DNA of 64,000 bases from the human T2T-CHM13v2.0 reference genome, Homo sapiens, in NCBI RefSeq assembly GCF_009914755.1, contig NC_060925.1, one strand, 5' to 3'. A program made the position numbers and the translations under genes. This document shows positions 1 to 11,532 of this stretch, piece by piece; position 1 is the first letter of the stretch; the number at the start of each line of letters is the position of its first letter. The notes beneath the pieces are model-generated. The model was not told the DNA's origin, did not search any database, and was given only the letters and a program-made list of their open reading frames with translations.

Positions 1-726
1 GTGGGTAACCCAACCTTTCTCTCTGGCTGCCCTTAACATTTTGTCCTTCATTTCAGCTTTGGTGAATCTGACAATTATGTGTCTTGGAGTTGCTCTTCTC
101 GAGGAGTATCTTTGTGGTATTCTCTGTATTTCCTGAATCTGAATGTTGGCCTGCCTTGCTAGATTGGGGAAGTTCTCCTGGATAATATCCTGCAGAATGT
201 TTTCCAACTTGGTTCCATTCTCCCCGTCACTTTCAGGTACACCAATCAGATGCAGATTTGGTCTTTTCACATAGTCCCATATTTCTTGGAGGCTTTGTTC
301 GTTTCTTTTTATTCTTTTTTCTCTAAACTTCCCTTCTCACTTCATTTCATTCATTTCATCTTCCATCACTGATACGCTTTCTTCCAGTTGATTGCATTGG
401 CTCCTGAGGCTTCTGCATTCTTCACGTAGTTCTCGAGCCTTGGCTTTCAGCTCCATCAGCTCCTTTAAGCACTTCTCTGTATTGGTTATTCCAGTTAGCC
501 ATTCGTCTAAATTTTTTTCAAAGTTTTCAACTTCTTTGCCTTTGGTTTGAATTTCCTCCTGTAGCTGGGAGTAGTTTGATCGTCTGAAGCCTTCTTCTCT
601 CAACTCGTCAAAGTCATTCTCCATCCAGCTTTGTTCTGTTGCTGGTGAGGAACTGCGTTCCTTTGGAGGAGGAGAGGCGCTCTGCTTTTTAGAGTTTCCA
701 GTTTTTCTGCTCTGTTTTTTCCCCAT
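1..726 (-). pseudogene. L1 ORF1p, inactivated by a premature stop after codon 129
   Basis: ORF 337..726 matches ORF1p. It reads EMNEMK then TGA where the consensus has CGA (Arg), a CpG transition. ORF1 homology continues to position 1. Confidence 0.9.
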
Positions 727-1169
727 CTTTGTGGTTTTATCTACTTTTGGTCTTTGATGATGGTGATGTACAGATGGGTTTTTGGTGTGGATGTCCGTTC
801 TGTTTGTTAGTTTTCCTTCTAACAGACAGAACCCTCAGCTGCAGGTCTGTTGGAGTTTGCTAGAGGTCCACTCCAGACCCTGTTTGCTTGGGTATCAGCA
901 GCAGAGTCTGCAGAATCGGGGATTTTCGTGATCCGCGAATGCTGCTGTCTAATCGTTCCTCTGGAAGTTTTGTCTCAGAGGAGTACCTGGCCCTGTGAGG
1001 TGTCAGTCTGCCCCTACTGGGGGGTGCCTCCCAGTTAGGCTGCTTGGGGGTCAGGGGTCAGGGGTCAGGGACCCACTTGAGGAGGCAGTCTGCCTGTTCT
1101 CAGATCTCCAGCTGCGTGCTGGGAGAACCATTGCTCTCCTCAAAGCTGTCAGACAGGGACATTTAAGTC

Positions 1170-1430
1170 TGCAGAGGTTACTGCTGTCTTTTTGTTTGTC
1201 TGTGCCCTGCCCCCAGAGGTGGAGCCTACAGAGGCAGGCAGGCCTCCTTGAGCTGTGGTGGGCTCCACCCAGTTCAAGCTTCCTGGCTGCTGTGTTTACC
1301 TAAGCAAGCCTGGGCAATGGCGGGCGCCCCTCCTCCAGCCTTGCTGCCGCCTTGCAGTTTGATCTCAGACTGCTGTGCTAGCAATCAGTGAGACTCCGTG
1401 GGCGTAGGACCCTCCGAGCCAGGTGCGGAA
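1170..1430 (+). promoter_or_regulatory. L1 antisense promoter region with truncated ORF0 (ATG 1317, TGA 1389-1391)
   Basis: Corresponds to L1 nt ~400-600. The + strand encodes MAGAPPPALLPPCSLISDCCASNQ* (ORF0 N-terminus, CGA>TGA at codon 25). A donor-like CAG|GTGCGG has its GT at 1423. Confidence 0.75.
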
Positions 1431-2216
1431 TATATTCTCCTGGTGCGCCATTTCCTAAGCTCGTTGGAAAAGCGCAGTATTCGGGTGGGAGTGGCCCGAT
1501 TTTCCAGGTGCCGTTTGTCACCCCTTTCCTTGACCAGGAAAGGGACCTCCCTGATCCCTTGAGCTTCCCGAGTGAGGCAATGCCTCTCCTGCTTCGGCTG
1601 GCGCACGGTGTGCGGCACCCACTGTCCTGCACCCACTGTCTGGCACTCCCTAGTGAGATGAACCCGGTACCTCACATGGAAATGCAGAAATCACCCGTCT
1701 TCTGCGTCACTCACGCTGGGAGCTGTAGACCGGAGCTGTTCCTATTCGGCCATCTTGGCTCCTCCCGCTCTGGCTGAATTCTTTAGTACATCCCTTTAAT
1801 TCACTACTTTTTCTCTTTGACTTTGATTAGCTCCATATATCTTTTGATTTCAATGACCATATTTTTATTTTTCAAATTTTTATTAGTTCTTTCTCATATT
1901 TACCTGTTTTTTAATTCAGCCTGTATCTGTTCCTTAATTTCTTGTCCTTTCAAAATGGGTGCTATGCATCCATTTATTGCATATCAAATTCAAAAATATT
2001 TAATTTAAAAATATTTGCCAGATAGTTCCATAGAATTATTTTTATCTGGAGTAAATACATGCTCTGAGTGTCCGTTTTGTTGGCTAGCTTTCATAGTATT
2101 AGATATTTTTATGTGATTGAAACTTGGTGGTCAGGCTCATTTTGAGGGAACGTTTTTATTTGCTTTTTCCTGTTTTGTTTTAGTTTATTTTCTTTTTCTC
2201 ACTCCTTCTGGGCTCA

Positions 2217-2266
2217 CCTCCATGCTTAGTGATTTTACCTCCATGCTTAGTGATTTTGCCTCCATG
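2217..2266. repeat. 21-bp tandem duplication CCTCCATGCTTAGTGATTTT(A/G) x2.4
   Basis: Read directly from the sequence. Confidence 0.9.
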
Positions 2267-3464
2267 TGTCTCCCCAGACCTCTATTCTAGAATTAGATCT
2301 AAAGCTGGCATCTTGATGCTCCTATTCCTAGTGATGCCACAGGCCAAATCACATGGCCAGCTGCTTGGCTTGGTTCCTGACTCCAAGGCTGTGCCTTTGT
2401 TCTTCTACTTTACCAGGTAGTGGGTTGGCAGCGGTTTATATGCAGCCTCCTTTCAGGAGTTCCTGGCTTCAAGCACTAAGTCTGGCTCCTGCCCTCAACT
2501 GAACCATCTGTAATTCCTTTCACCTTGCAGGAGACAATAATCTTGGCTTTTGAGCCTGAGACCACAGTGAGCTTGTAGCTCCAGGCTTGCTGAATGCTTT
2601 CTGTTTGGTTCCACTTTAGATCCATGAAAATGATCATTTTGTTCTTGAGCCTGGTTATGTCTTTTTGGTTTTCTCTATTTTTTAGCCATCATTTCTCTGT
2701 GTGTGGAGGAAAAGGAGTAGATGAAAGCATGGTGTTACTGCACCAAGTTGAGTAGACATATTTCTGTGTGTAATTCTCCATTTTCACCTCTCACCATCGC
2801 TACCTTACAATTTATGTTCTAGCCATAATGAACTACTTTCAGTTTCCAGAGGGTCAATAAATTGCATGCCTGTCTCCCAACCCCCAACTTTGGATGAAAT
2901 AAGACAACAGACGAAAGTCAAATAGAGACTTAAAAAAATTGATATCTATATTATATCTATCTACCCTTATGCTTCATTACAGATAAGCTAATAAAACTAG
3001 GTTATAGATCTGTAACCCAAAAGGGCTTGCCAACATTCTCTGCTGACTCTCGACCCCCACAGAATCTAGCCTTGGAACAGCCCACTAAAGGGGAAGTTTA
3101 GGTCTGCTGCCAAACATGTTTATCTAAGATCATTGTCTGCACTGATCTAGGGCAGAAAGGGAAAAAAAAGAATGAATTTATTAGATTAGTTCCATCCAGT
3201 CAAGAACTATGAGCTAATGAATGTAACAGTACTCACCAATCAAGTAACGCACTCCTGAGTGTGAAGAATAGTGGTATAAGAAAGCAGAACTAGCACTCCA
3301 GTAGAAATTCCCCTCTCCTCCCATGGAAACATGGTGCCAAGGGAGAGGAGGTTCCCTTAACACCTTAACACACAGGACATGCTCCTTCTCATTCCTCTAA
3401 GTCTTGTCTTTTTCTTTCCTTCCTTCCTTCCTCCCTCCCTCCTTTCTTCCTTCCCTCTCTGTCT

Positions 3465-3764
<300 letters not shown>

Positions 3765-3779
3765 CTTTTGTCTCTTTCT

Positions 3780-4224
3780 TTGGAGACAAGCTCTTGCCAG
3801 TTTGGAGTCCAGTGGTACCATCATAGCTCATGGCAGCCTTGAACTCCTGGGCTCAAGCTATGGGAGACGAGTTTCCCTTAACACATGCCATGCCCTTTCT
3901 CCTTCCTCTATTCCTTGTCCCCCCTCCCTTCTTCCCTTCCCTTCCCTCCTTCTCTTCCTTTCCCTCCTTTCCTTCCCTTCCCTCCTCCCCTACCCTTCCT
4001 TTCTCTTCCCTCTCTTTTATCTTTTGAGACAAGGACTTGCTCTATTACACCTTGAACTCCTGGGCTCAAGCTATCCTCCACCTCAGCTTCCTAAGCAGCT
4101 AGGACTACAGGCGCACACCACCGTGCCCAGCTAATTTTTAAATTTTTTTGTAGAGACACGGTCTCACCACATTTCCCAGGCTTCCAAAGCTGGGATTACG
4201 AGTGTGAGCCACCACACCTGGTCC
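3780..4224 (-). mobile_element. Degenerate AluJ/FLAM fragments separated by a CT-rich low-complexity tract
   Basis: Two partial gaactcctgggctcaagc monomers and a gctgggattac...gagccaccacacctgg end. Confidence 0.7.
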
Positions 4225-4299
4225 CTGTAAGTATTTTCAAAGGCTCTTCCTTCCTCTCTTTATCTACCAACTCTTACTTTTTCTAATGCCTATAATAAA

Positions 4300-4540
4300 A
4301 ACAATAGTTAATACTTATTGAATCCCAACTATGGGGGGAAGCACTATCACATACATTATTGAGTTTAATCCTCATAACAACCCTATGAGGTGTGTATTTT
4401 TATCCTGATTTTATGGATGAATAAATTAAGAACAAGTAAGATTTCCTTTGTTTCCAATATTATGCAAGTAAATGTCAGAGGCAAGATTAGGCCCAGGTTT
4501 CTCCAGCTCCAGAGCCCATGTTCTTTTCATCATATACAGC
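4300..4540 (-). mobile_element. MIR relic
   Basis: MIR core motif tttaatcctcataacaaccctatgagg...ttttatggatgaataaa. Confidence 0.65.
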
Positions 4541-5335
4541 TGCTTCTCATGTTTTATTCATCTCTGGATGCCTAGAACACTGCATAACACCAACAGAGAG
4601 TGAGTGCTCAATAATAATGAATGAATGAATATATAAATCAATGAAACATATTCTCAAATTAGCTGCCTAGAATGGATTTAAAACAATTTTAATATAAGGA
4701 TTTATAAAGAATTCCTAACCTCTTTTGGAGTCAAATTCCTTTTCATAAAGGTGGATATGAGGATCCAACTTGGAAGGTTTCTGTAGGGGTTGCTAGCTTT
4801 GATATACCTCTGCAGTCACATCTGTCCAGCCCTCCCAGTTTTAGGTTTTCTTTCCCTGGCCGACCACAGAGACATCTCTGCTGGTTTCATTCTGCTTTTG
4901 TCCCTGCCCAAGCTTGTTGCCTACCTGAAAGAGTAGGTTCCTTCTAGTCCCTGATCACTTATACTTGTAAAACTACTGAAGCTTCACATACTACTACCAG
5001 CCACAATACCTCCATGTAAAGACACACTGTGTATTAGTCAAGACTCTTGAATGTAAGCCACAGAAACTAATTCTGACTGAAAAAGAAATTTATAGACTTA
5101 TACAACCGAGAAATTCAAAAGATGAAATAGCCTTAGATATACCTGGATTCAGAGAAGTAGATTTACAATGAGCCCAATGAAGTTTAAATTTCTGGGTTAC
5201 TAATTGCTCGGTCCTGTCTTAGGCTCTGGGAGAGGTCCTAGCAACATGTATACATAATCATGTTTTTCTAAATCTTGTAAAAATAAAATATTTCAATCAC
5301 GATTGGTTAAGATTGTGGTTTCTTTTCTACTCTGA

Positions 5336-5740
<405 letters not shown>

Positions 5741-6829
5741 TAAAATCCACTTTAATAATTCATTTTGTATTATTTTTCTTAAAGAGGACTCCTCAAATTA
5801 GGTATGCTTCCAGCCCCACAAGACCCAGATCCACCCTTACCAAGGGCTCAAGTGATACCATGTAGATACTTTCTCTCTCACTGTTTCAGCTCTTTTCTTC
5901 TCTGTTTGCTTCATTAGTAGCAAACTTCCTCACATGGTGGCAAGAAGGCCACTGGCAGCTCTAAGGTTATAGCACGCTCAGGGCTGGGAATTCTAAGGTA
6001 AAGAGATACCACTTTTGCTGATGACATCAGGAAATGACCTAAGGAGGGTTTGGATTAGCTTGGTTTGTGTCACTTGCCCTTTTCCAAACCAATCATTATG
6101 GCCAGGGAAATGTGGAACACAGGTTAGTCAAATCTGGGTAACATTCCTGGATCTAGTTAATGGTGGGAGCAAGTGCTATAGTGGGTGGTTGAGAGGTCAT
6201 CCCAATCTAGACCAATAGACTAAGACCAGGGAAAAGATAGTTTTCTAAAGGAATGCTAGACAAACTGGAATTTCATGTTTCCAAGTCACACAAACACAAC
6301 CATCAGCAACCTATTATTCTGAATAGAACAAACAAGTCTTTAGAGCATTTTAGAAACAATAGCTCATTTGATCCTTAAACAGTCCTATAAAATAGGTAAG
6401 GACTATTATGTTTTATAAATAAGGAAACTCAGTAAGGAGTAGAGCTAGGTTTGAAATCCATGTCTTTTGACTCCTAGTTCAGTACCTCATATACATTTAA
6501 AGGGCTTCACTTTATTAATGGATTTAAAGAGGTGAAACATTGCCTGAAACAAGAGGGTACTGCCTGTGAAAGCACGAATACCATCTATGTCTTTTCATTA
6601 CAGAAACATGTTGGCAATACCCATTAGTCATTCTGAACCCATTTTATTTGCAATGCAATAGCACTGCCCCACCATTTTCACTTTCCCAGCTCAAGAGTGT
6701 TGTGAGATTAGGGCCAGGCAAGCTATTTACTGGACGAGTAGAGCAGGAAGTGTTCTGCGTAAATGGCAGGAAAAACCAGCTATGGGTGCCTGCGCATGCT
6801 CTGCTCCCTAGGCTGGAGCACGACCCTTC

Positions 6830-7125
6830 TCTTATGGTTCAAGGCTCAGCTCAGGTGACACTGGATTGGGGAACTTTCCCTAACTTTCCCAATCCACCTC
6901 CTCTCACTCTGTGGCACCTTCAGTGTTCCCATAAAGCCCGTGACACTTTGCTCCAACAGCATTCTTCCCACTGTCTTGTAATCGTCAGTGTTCATCTACT
7001 CCTCCACACTAGACTGCAAGCTCACTGAGCATAAGGATTCTGACTTATTTCTCCAAATCTCCAGCACCTAGTACAGGATTTGTCAAATAGTAGTCCTCCA
7101 ACAAATGAGTCTTTTATAAGCAAAT
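6830..7125 (+). mobile_element. L2 3' end relic
   Basis: Typical L2 terminus ctagactgcaagctcactgag...ccagcacctagtacagg...caacaaatga. Confidence 0.6.
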
Positions 7126-7468
7126 GAGCCTCACGTACTTTGGCTCAGAGAAGCAGCCAAGATTTTTTGGCTTTGCCGACTTTCACGGATCTTACTTGAG
7201 GGCTTCACAGCACTGAACTTCAGTTTATCCCTGACCTCTGAGGAAAATGCCTCATAGAGGAAAGCAAGATTGGAAGGAGCAAGGCTGAAGCCTGTTATTT
7301 CCCTACACATTCAGTGGTCACGTCGAGTAATTTCTCCTCCAATATCTTCCTTGTACATTTTGGGCACCAGTTGGAACAGGTTACATAAGTAAATCAAAAG
7401 CCTCTTTTTGCATACCAGCTTTTATTTTTTTCCTGTAGCACTTCAGTTTCACTTAAAACAGAGCTAGG

Positions 7469-7469
7469 G

Positions 7470-7500
<31 letters not shown>

Positions 7501-7516
7501 CGCATGCGTGTGTGTA
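7469..7516. repeat. (GT)n microsatellite with a GC interruption
   Basis: Read directly from the sequence. Confidence 0.95.
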
Positions 7517-9589
7517 TAACAGGTGTGAAATGGTTTCAATAATAGAAAAGTCAACACATGGTTGAACAAATACAAGTAACTTCCACATTGCAATACGAGT
7601 GGATCTTAGGAGTGGTCCTGTAAATCTGCAGGAGTAAATTTTGTTAGTAATTTATTAATTCTAATTTCTAAAATATTAATTTATATGGATTTGTAAAAGG
7701 GAAATCATCACTTTGGAATCTCTGATCAAAGGGTAACTACTCTTTGAAAATGAAATATTCTTTTTAGACTCTCTGGAATGAAATCCTTCCCTGTTGTACG
7801 TGTACACACACATACACACATACATAGAACAGGCTGCATACTGTTTCTGCTGATTGCCTTCAGATGGGCCGGTCTGTGTGTTCATCTTGATACTACCGAG
7901 TCTACCTATTTGAAATTTGACCTTAACTTTTTCAGGCACCAGTTCCTTTATAATTTTTATTTAATTGTAAATATAATACAACAGAATACAATGGAGAAAA
8001 TCATACGTAAAACCAGTATCTTAACAGAATAGTTGCAATCTTTTTCAAATATTCTTTTTCTATGTTTTTAAGTGCATATAATTATAATTAATGGATACAT
8101 TTGCAACTTTTTTTTTTTTAAACAACATGATTCTTTAAAAACTCAGACTTGCCTTTAGAAGAGTGGATATATGTAATACTATGTATACAGTATTTTCATT
8201 GCTGGTGTAGGAGTGTGATAACTGACGGTATCATCAATGACTTTAAAATTGCTGGCTGCATTTGGACATCTGCAATAACCCCTAAATTGTTTTTACTCTC
8301 ATGAAGGAAAAATGAATTTTGCAAAACAGACAAGCAAAGGAAAAGGGGTCTTCTCCATCAGCAATGAGGTCTTACTTGCTTAAGCTATACTTGTCAACTA
8401 GGTTATGTCAGGTTTCATGATTGAAATCTCTTGTGGTTAAGTCTAGTGTTAACCTAGGTAATATTTATTTTTCAAGATTTATATAACTTGCTATTTCATT
8501 CAGAGTTCAGTATTTATTTCCCCTGAACTTTTCATGGAAACTAATGATCTCAACAGTAGGAAAACAGTGTGTTCTTCCCCGCCTCCCCACCGCCCCCCCC
8601 ACTTTGGCTTACGGAGTCTCAACATTAGAGACTTATTCTTAAATTTGGCACATTTTATAAAGACATATTGGGAAGGCTAAAAGTTTCTTATATCTACTCT
8701 TCACAAATGTTCAACATAAATCTCACTAGGGACCGGGCACTCCTTGCTTACCAGTCTCCCTGGGTGAACTGGTGAGAGGTGGCCCTCAATATTTTTACTT
8801 TTTATTTGGTGAAGCAGGATCAATGACAATGACTTTTGTCATGTGGTAGGCAGTTAGATATGCAGAGCTTCTAGAAATAATGCAGACTGGGAGACTGGAA
8901 TGTAGTTACAAGTGTGCCAATGAACATGAGACTTTTCTGCTTGATTTTTAAGCTAAGGCTGACTTACTCTCCTGACATTTAAGGGCCTCCTCTCCAATTC
9001 CCAGTCATCAGTAAAGGATGTGTACAGGGAATGACAATATTAGAACAAAAACAACCTGCAAGTAAATCGGATGCAAGAGTCTATGTATCTTGCAAGGAAA
9101 TCTTTTGCACTTAATCACAACATGGCTCTCCTCAATACTACGGAGAACAGAATTGATTCAGATTGTTTTTAAGCCTGAACGTAAACAATATTGCCGCCTT
9201 TTTGGGTTTCAGCACCTCCTTATTCATCCATTTTCTCTTTTATGGGAAGGGGGTTGATGAGGTGTGTGAAGATGATAGAACGTGCCCCAGAAACTGAACA
9301 ATGAAGAGACGCCTGTCATATCGGGGGTACCTAGATTCCTCTGAAAGGAAGCCCAGCTGAAGGAGCAGGGTCACCACTTTATTTTAAAAACGTAACATGG
9401 CACATGTTGGTGCTCTATTAATCGAGCCTCGGGGGCCCAATAACGTGAGCATGGGCTGCTGCATGGAAGTTTGAGACCCTGTTGCTGAATCCTCGGGCCT
9501 GACGGTCTATCGCTGAAGACAAGACTTCCAAAGAATCACAGTAAACGTTAACCTAAGCCATCAGAAGCCATTAACTCCGGTGACACTAC

Positions 9590-10870
9590 ATTTCAGCGAA
9601 ACCTTCGCGACCCAACCCCTCGCTCCCTCTCGCCCAAACGCTGGGTCAACCCCACGAACTGGCGGTGGCAAGGCCCTGGGCACCGGTGAAGTTCTCGTGG
9701 CAGCGCAGATCGGCGACCTTCTCTTCTTTCGCGCTCAGACGGCGGCGGCAGCAGTACGCTTTCGGGCTGCTGGAGCCGGCAGCGGCGCGAGGCCGGAGCC
9801 CGGGCAGCCAGGCTGGGTGGGGGAGGGGCGGCGGCAGCGGAGCCGGGAGCGTGCGCGCGCACCTCACACTCCGCCGCCCGGGGACGCCCACTCGCGAGCC
9901 GGGGCCGGTAGGCCGGCCCGGGTCCCATCGCCCCCGCCCTCCGGTTCCTCTCCGGCGTGAGCCCAACGGGTGTCGGCCCAGCAGCTGCTGCGCTCACCAG
10001 GCCTGGGGAGGCAGGGTACGGGGACCGGGCCGCAGCCCCGAGCGGCGTGGGCGCGCTGCCTCTCTGGCAGCCGCCGCCAGAGCCAGCAGCTGCGAGCCAC
10101 CGGAGGCGGCGCGGAGGAGGCCCCCGCGGCCGGGCAGGAAGGAGACGCGGCCGACCTCTGCCCGCCCGAGGCGCGGCTGCTCCCGCGCGCCCAGGCCCTC
10201 CCGCCGCTCCAGGGCTGAGTGAGGAATGAGCCGGCGCCTACCCCGGGCTCTCGGAGCGTGGGCCCCGGCTCGGCTTCTTAGGCGCGAGGGCTCGGCCACT
10301 GCGGCCGGCGGCCTAGCTCGGGGAGCAGGCGCCGGGGTTCACTGAACCGGCCGCGGAGAGGAGGAGGAGGAGGAGGAGGAGGAAGAGGAGGAGGAGGAGG
10401 AGGAGCTCGGCGGGGGCGGCCGCCGCGCCTCCCCTCCCCCAGGACACGCCGGGGCTTCTCAGTGGCCGCCGGAGGAGGAAGTTCCGCTCCCTGACAGACC
10501 CGTGCGGTAGCAACAGCGGCGGCGGCCGCGGCGGCTGGCCGGACTCAGGTGTTTCGGACGCGATTGCCCTTCGCGCCAGCCGTCGAGTGGGCAGCAGCGG
10601 GACTCAGCCGGGCGCCAGGTTCCTGCCAGGCAGCGCCGGGAAGCGCGGGCGGCCGAGAACTCCTTCCTGCTACTTCGCCCAGCGCCGCTGCTTCGGCTTC
10701 CCAGCGAAGTGGGAGACCTTCCTCCCTGTTTGCAGACGTCCGTGGGAGACCCTTATTTTTTCCACCGCTAAGGTTAAGAGATTCTGGAATAGAAGCGTCG
10801 AAGGAGATCAAGTGAACCTTCTACAACTCCTCGGATGTCGCCAGTCTCCCTTTCGGGGCGGAAGACTACG
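9590..10870. promoter_or_regulatory. MAN1A2: CpG island / MAN1A2 promoter and start of exon 1
   Basis: Abrupt GC- and CpG-rich block with GC boxes (GGGGCGG), GCGGCCGC sites and an ETS-like AGGAAGT near 10476, directly upstream of the MAN1A2 ATG. No TATA box seen. Confidence 0.93.
10358..10405. repeat. Purine trinucleotide repeat (GAG)8 GAA (GAG)7 in the promoter
   Basis: Counted directly. Confidence 0.95.
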
Positions 10871-11230
10871 TTTGAGCATCTCACTGAGGTGCAGGAATGG
10901 AAGAACCCACCTTGCAGCTTTTCTGCAGTGTGGCTTGCCTGATCTACCCCTAGGAATGAAGAGGAGGCTTGTAATAATCCGATGAAGTACAGATGTTGAA
11001 GAGGATATCGCAGGACCTAAACTTGTGATCGTTTGGGGGAGGTCACACACGTTTCTGAGTGGGAATGGATGGGCGTGAATGACGTGCCCTCTTAAAAAGC
11101 ACAACAATCCTTTAAGAGGAGCAAAATTGAGTTTTCCCATTTTGGCCAAGATTTTGAAGACAGTTCAATGTATTCTACATTTGACATAAGATGAGAACTT
11201 TCTAAAGTATTCTCTCCAAGAGCGTAAACG
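10490..11230 (+). other. MAN1A2: MAN1A2 5' UTR (TSS approximate) with 10 upstream ATGs
   Basis: Contiguous with the ATG at 11231. uATGs at 10835, 10897, 10956, 10982, 10993, 11065, 11069, 11079, 11168 and 11191. The TSS position is inferred, not observed. Confidence 0.6.
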
Positions 11231-11532
11231 ATGACTACCCCAGCCCTGCTGCCCCTCTCTGGACGTAGGATACCACCTCTGAACCTGGGGCCGCCTTCCT
11301 TCCCACATCACAGGGCTACCTTGAGACTTTCTGAGAAGTTTATTCTTCTCCTTATTCTTAGTGCCTTCATCACTCTGTGTTTTGGGGCATTCTTTTTCCT
11401 TCCAGACTCTTCAAAACACAAACGCTTTGATTTGGGTTTAGAAGATGTGTTAATTCCACATGTAGATGCCGGTAAAGGGGCTAAAAACCCCGGAGTCTTC
11501 CTGATCCATGGACCCGATGAACATAGACACAG
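11231..11532 (+). CDS. MAN1A2: MAN1A2 coding exon 1 (302 nt): cytoplasmic tail, type II TM anchor FILLLILSAFITLCFGAFFFL, start of stem
   Basis: MTTPALLPLSGRRIPPLNLGPP... matches the human MAN1A2 N-terminus. Donor CAG|GTTTGT is phase 2 and joins exon 2 in frame (AG|G = Arg). Confidence 0.97.

Larger units (their letters stand above)
1..1770 (-). mobile_element. LINE-1 (L1PA3/L1PA4-like) 5' end: complete 5' UTR plus N-terminal ORF1; element continues left of the window
   Basis: The minus strand begins GGAGGAGCCAAGATGGCCGAATAGGAACAGCTCCGGTCTACAGCTCCCAGC, the L1PA 5' terminus with its YY1 site. ORF1 MGKKQSRKTGNSK starts at 726. The UTR is ~1040 nt and keeps the ~129-bp segment (~854-982) that L1PA2/L1HS lack. 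Confidence 0.95.

Noticed and set aside
9580-10985. Many overlapping 60-185 aa ORFs on both strands
   Set aside because: Expected from stop-codon scarcity in a GC-rich CpG island. They are Ala/Arg/Pro/Gly-rich, mostly non-ATG starts, and show no recognisable domain.
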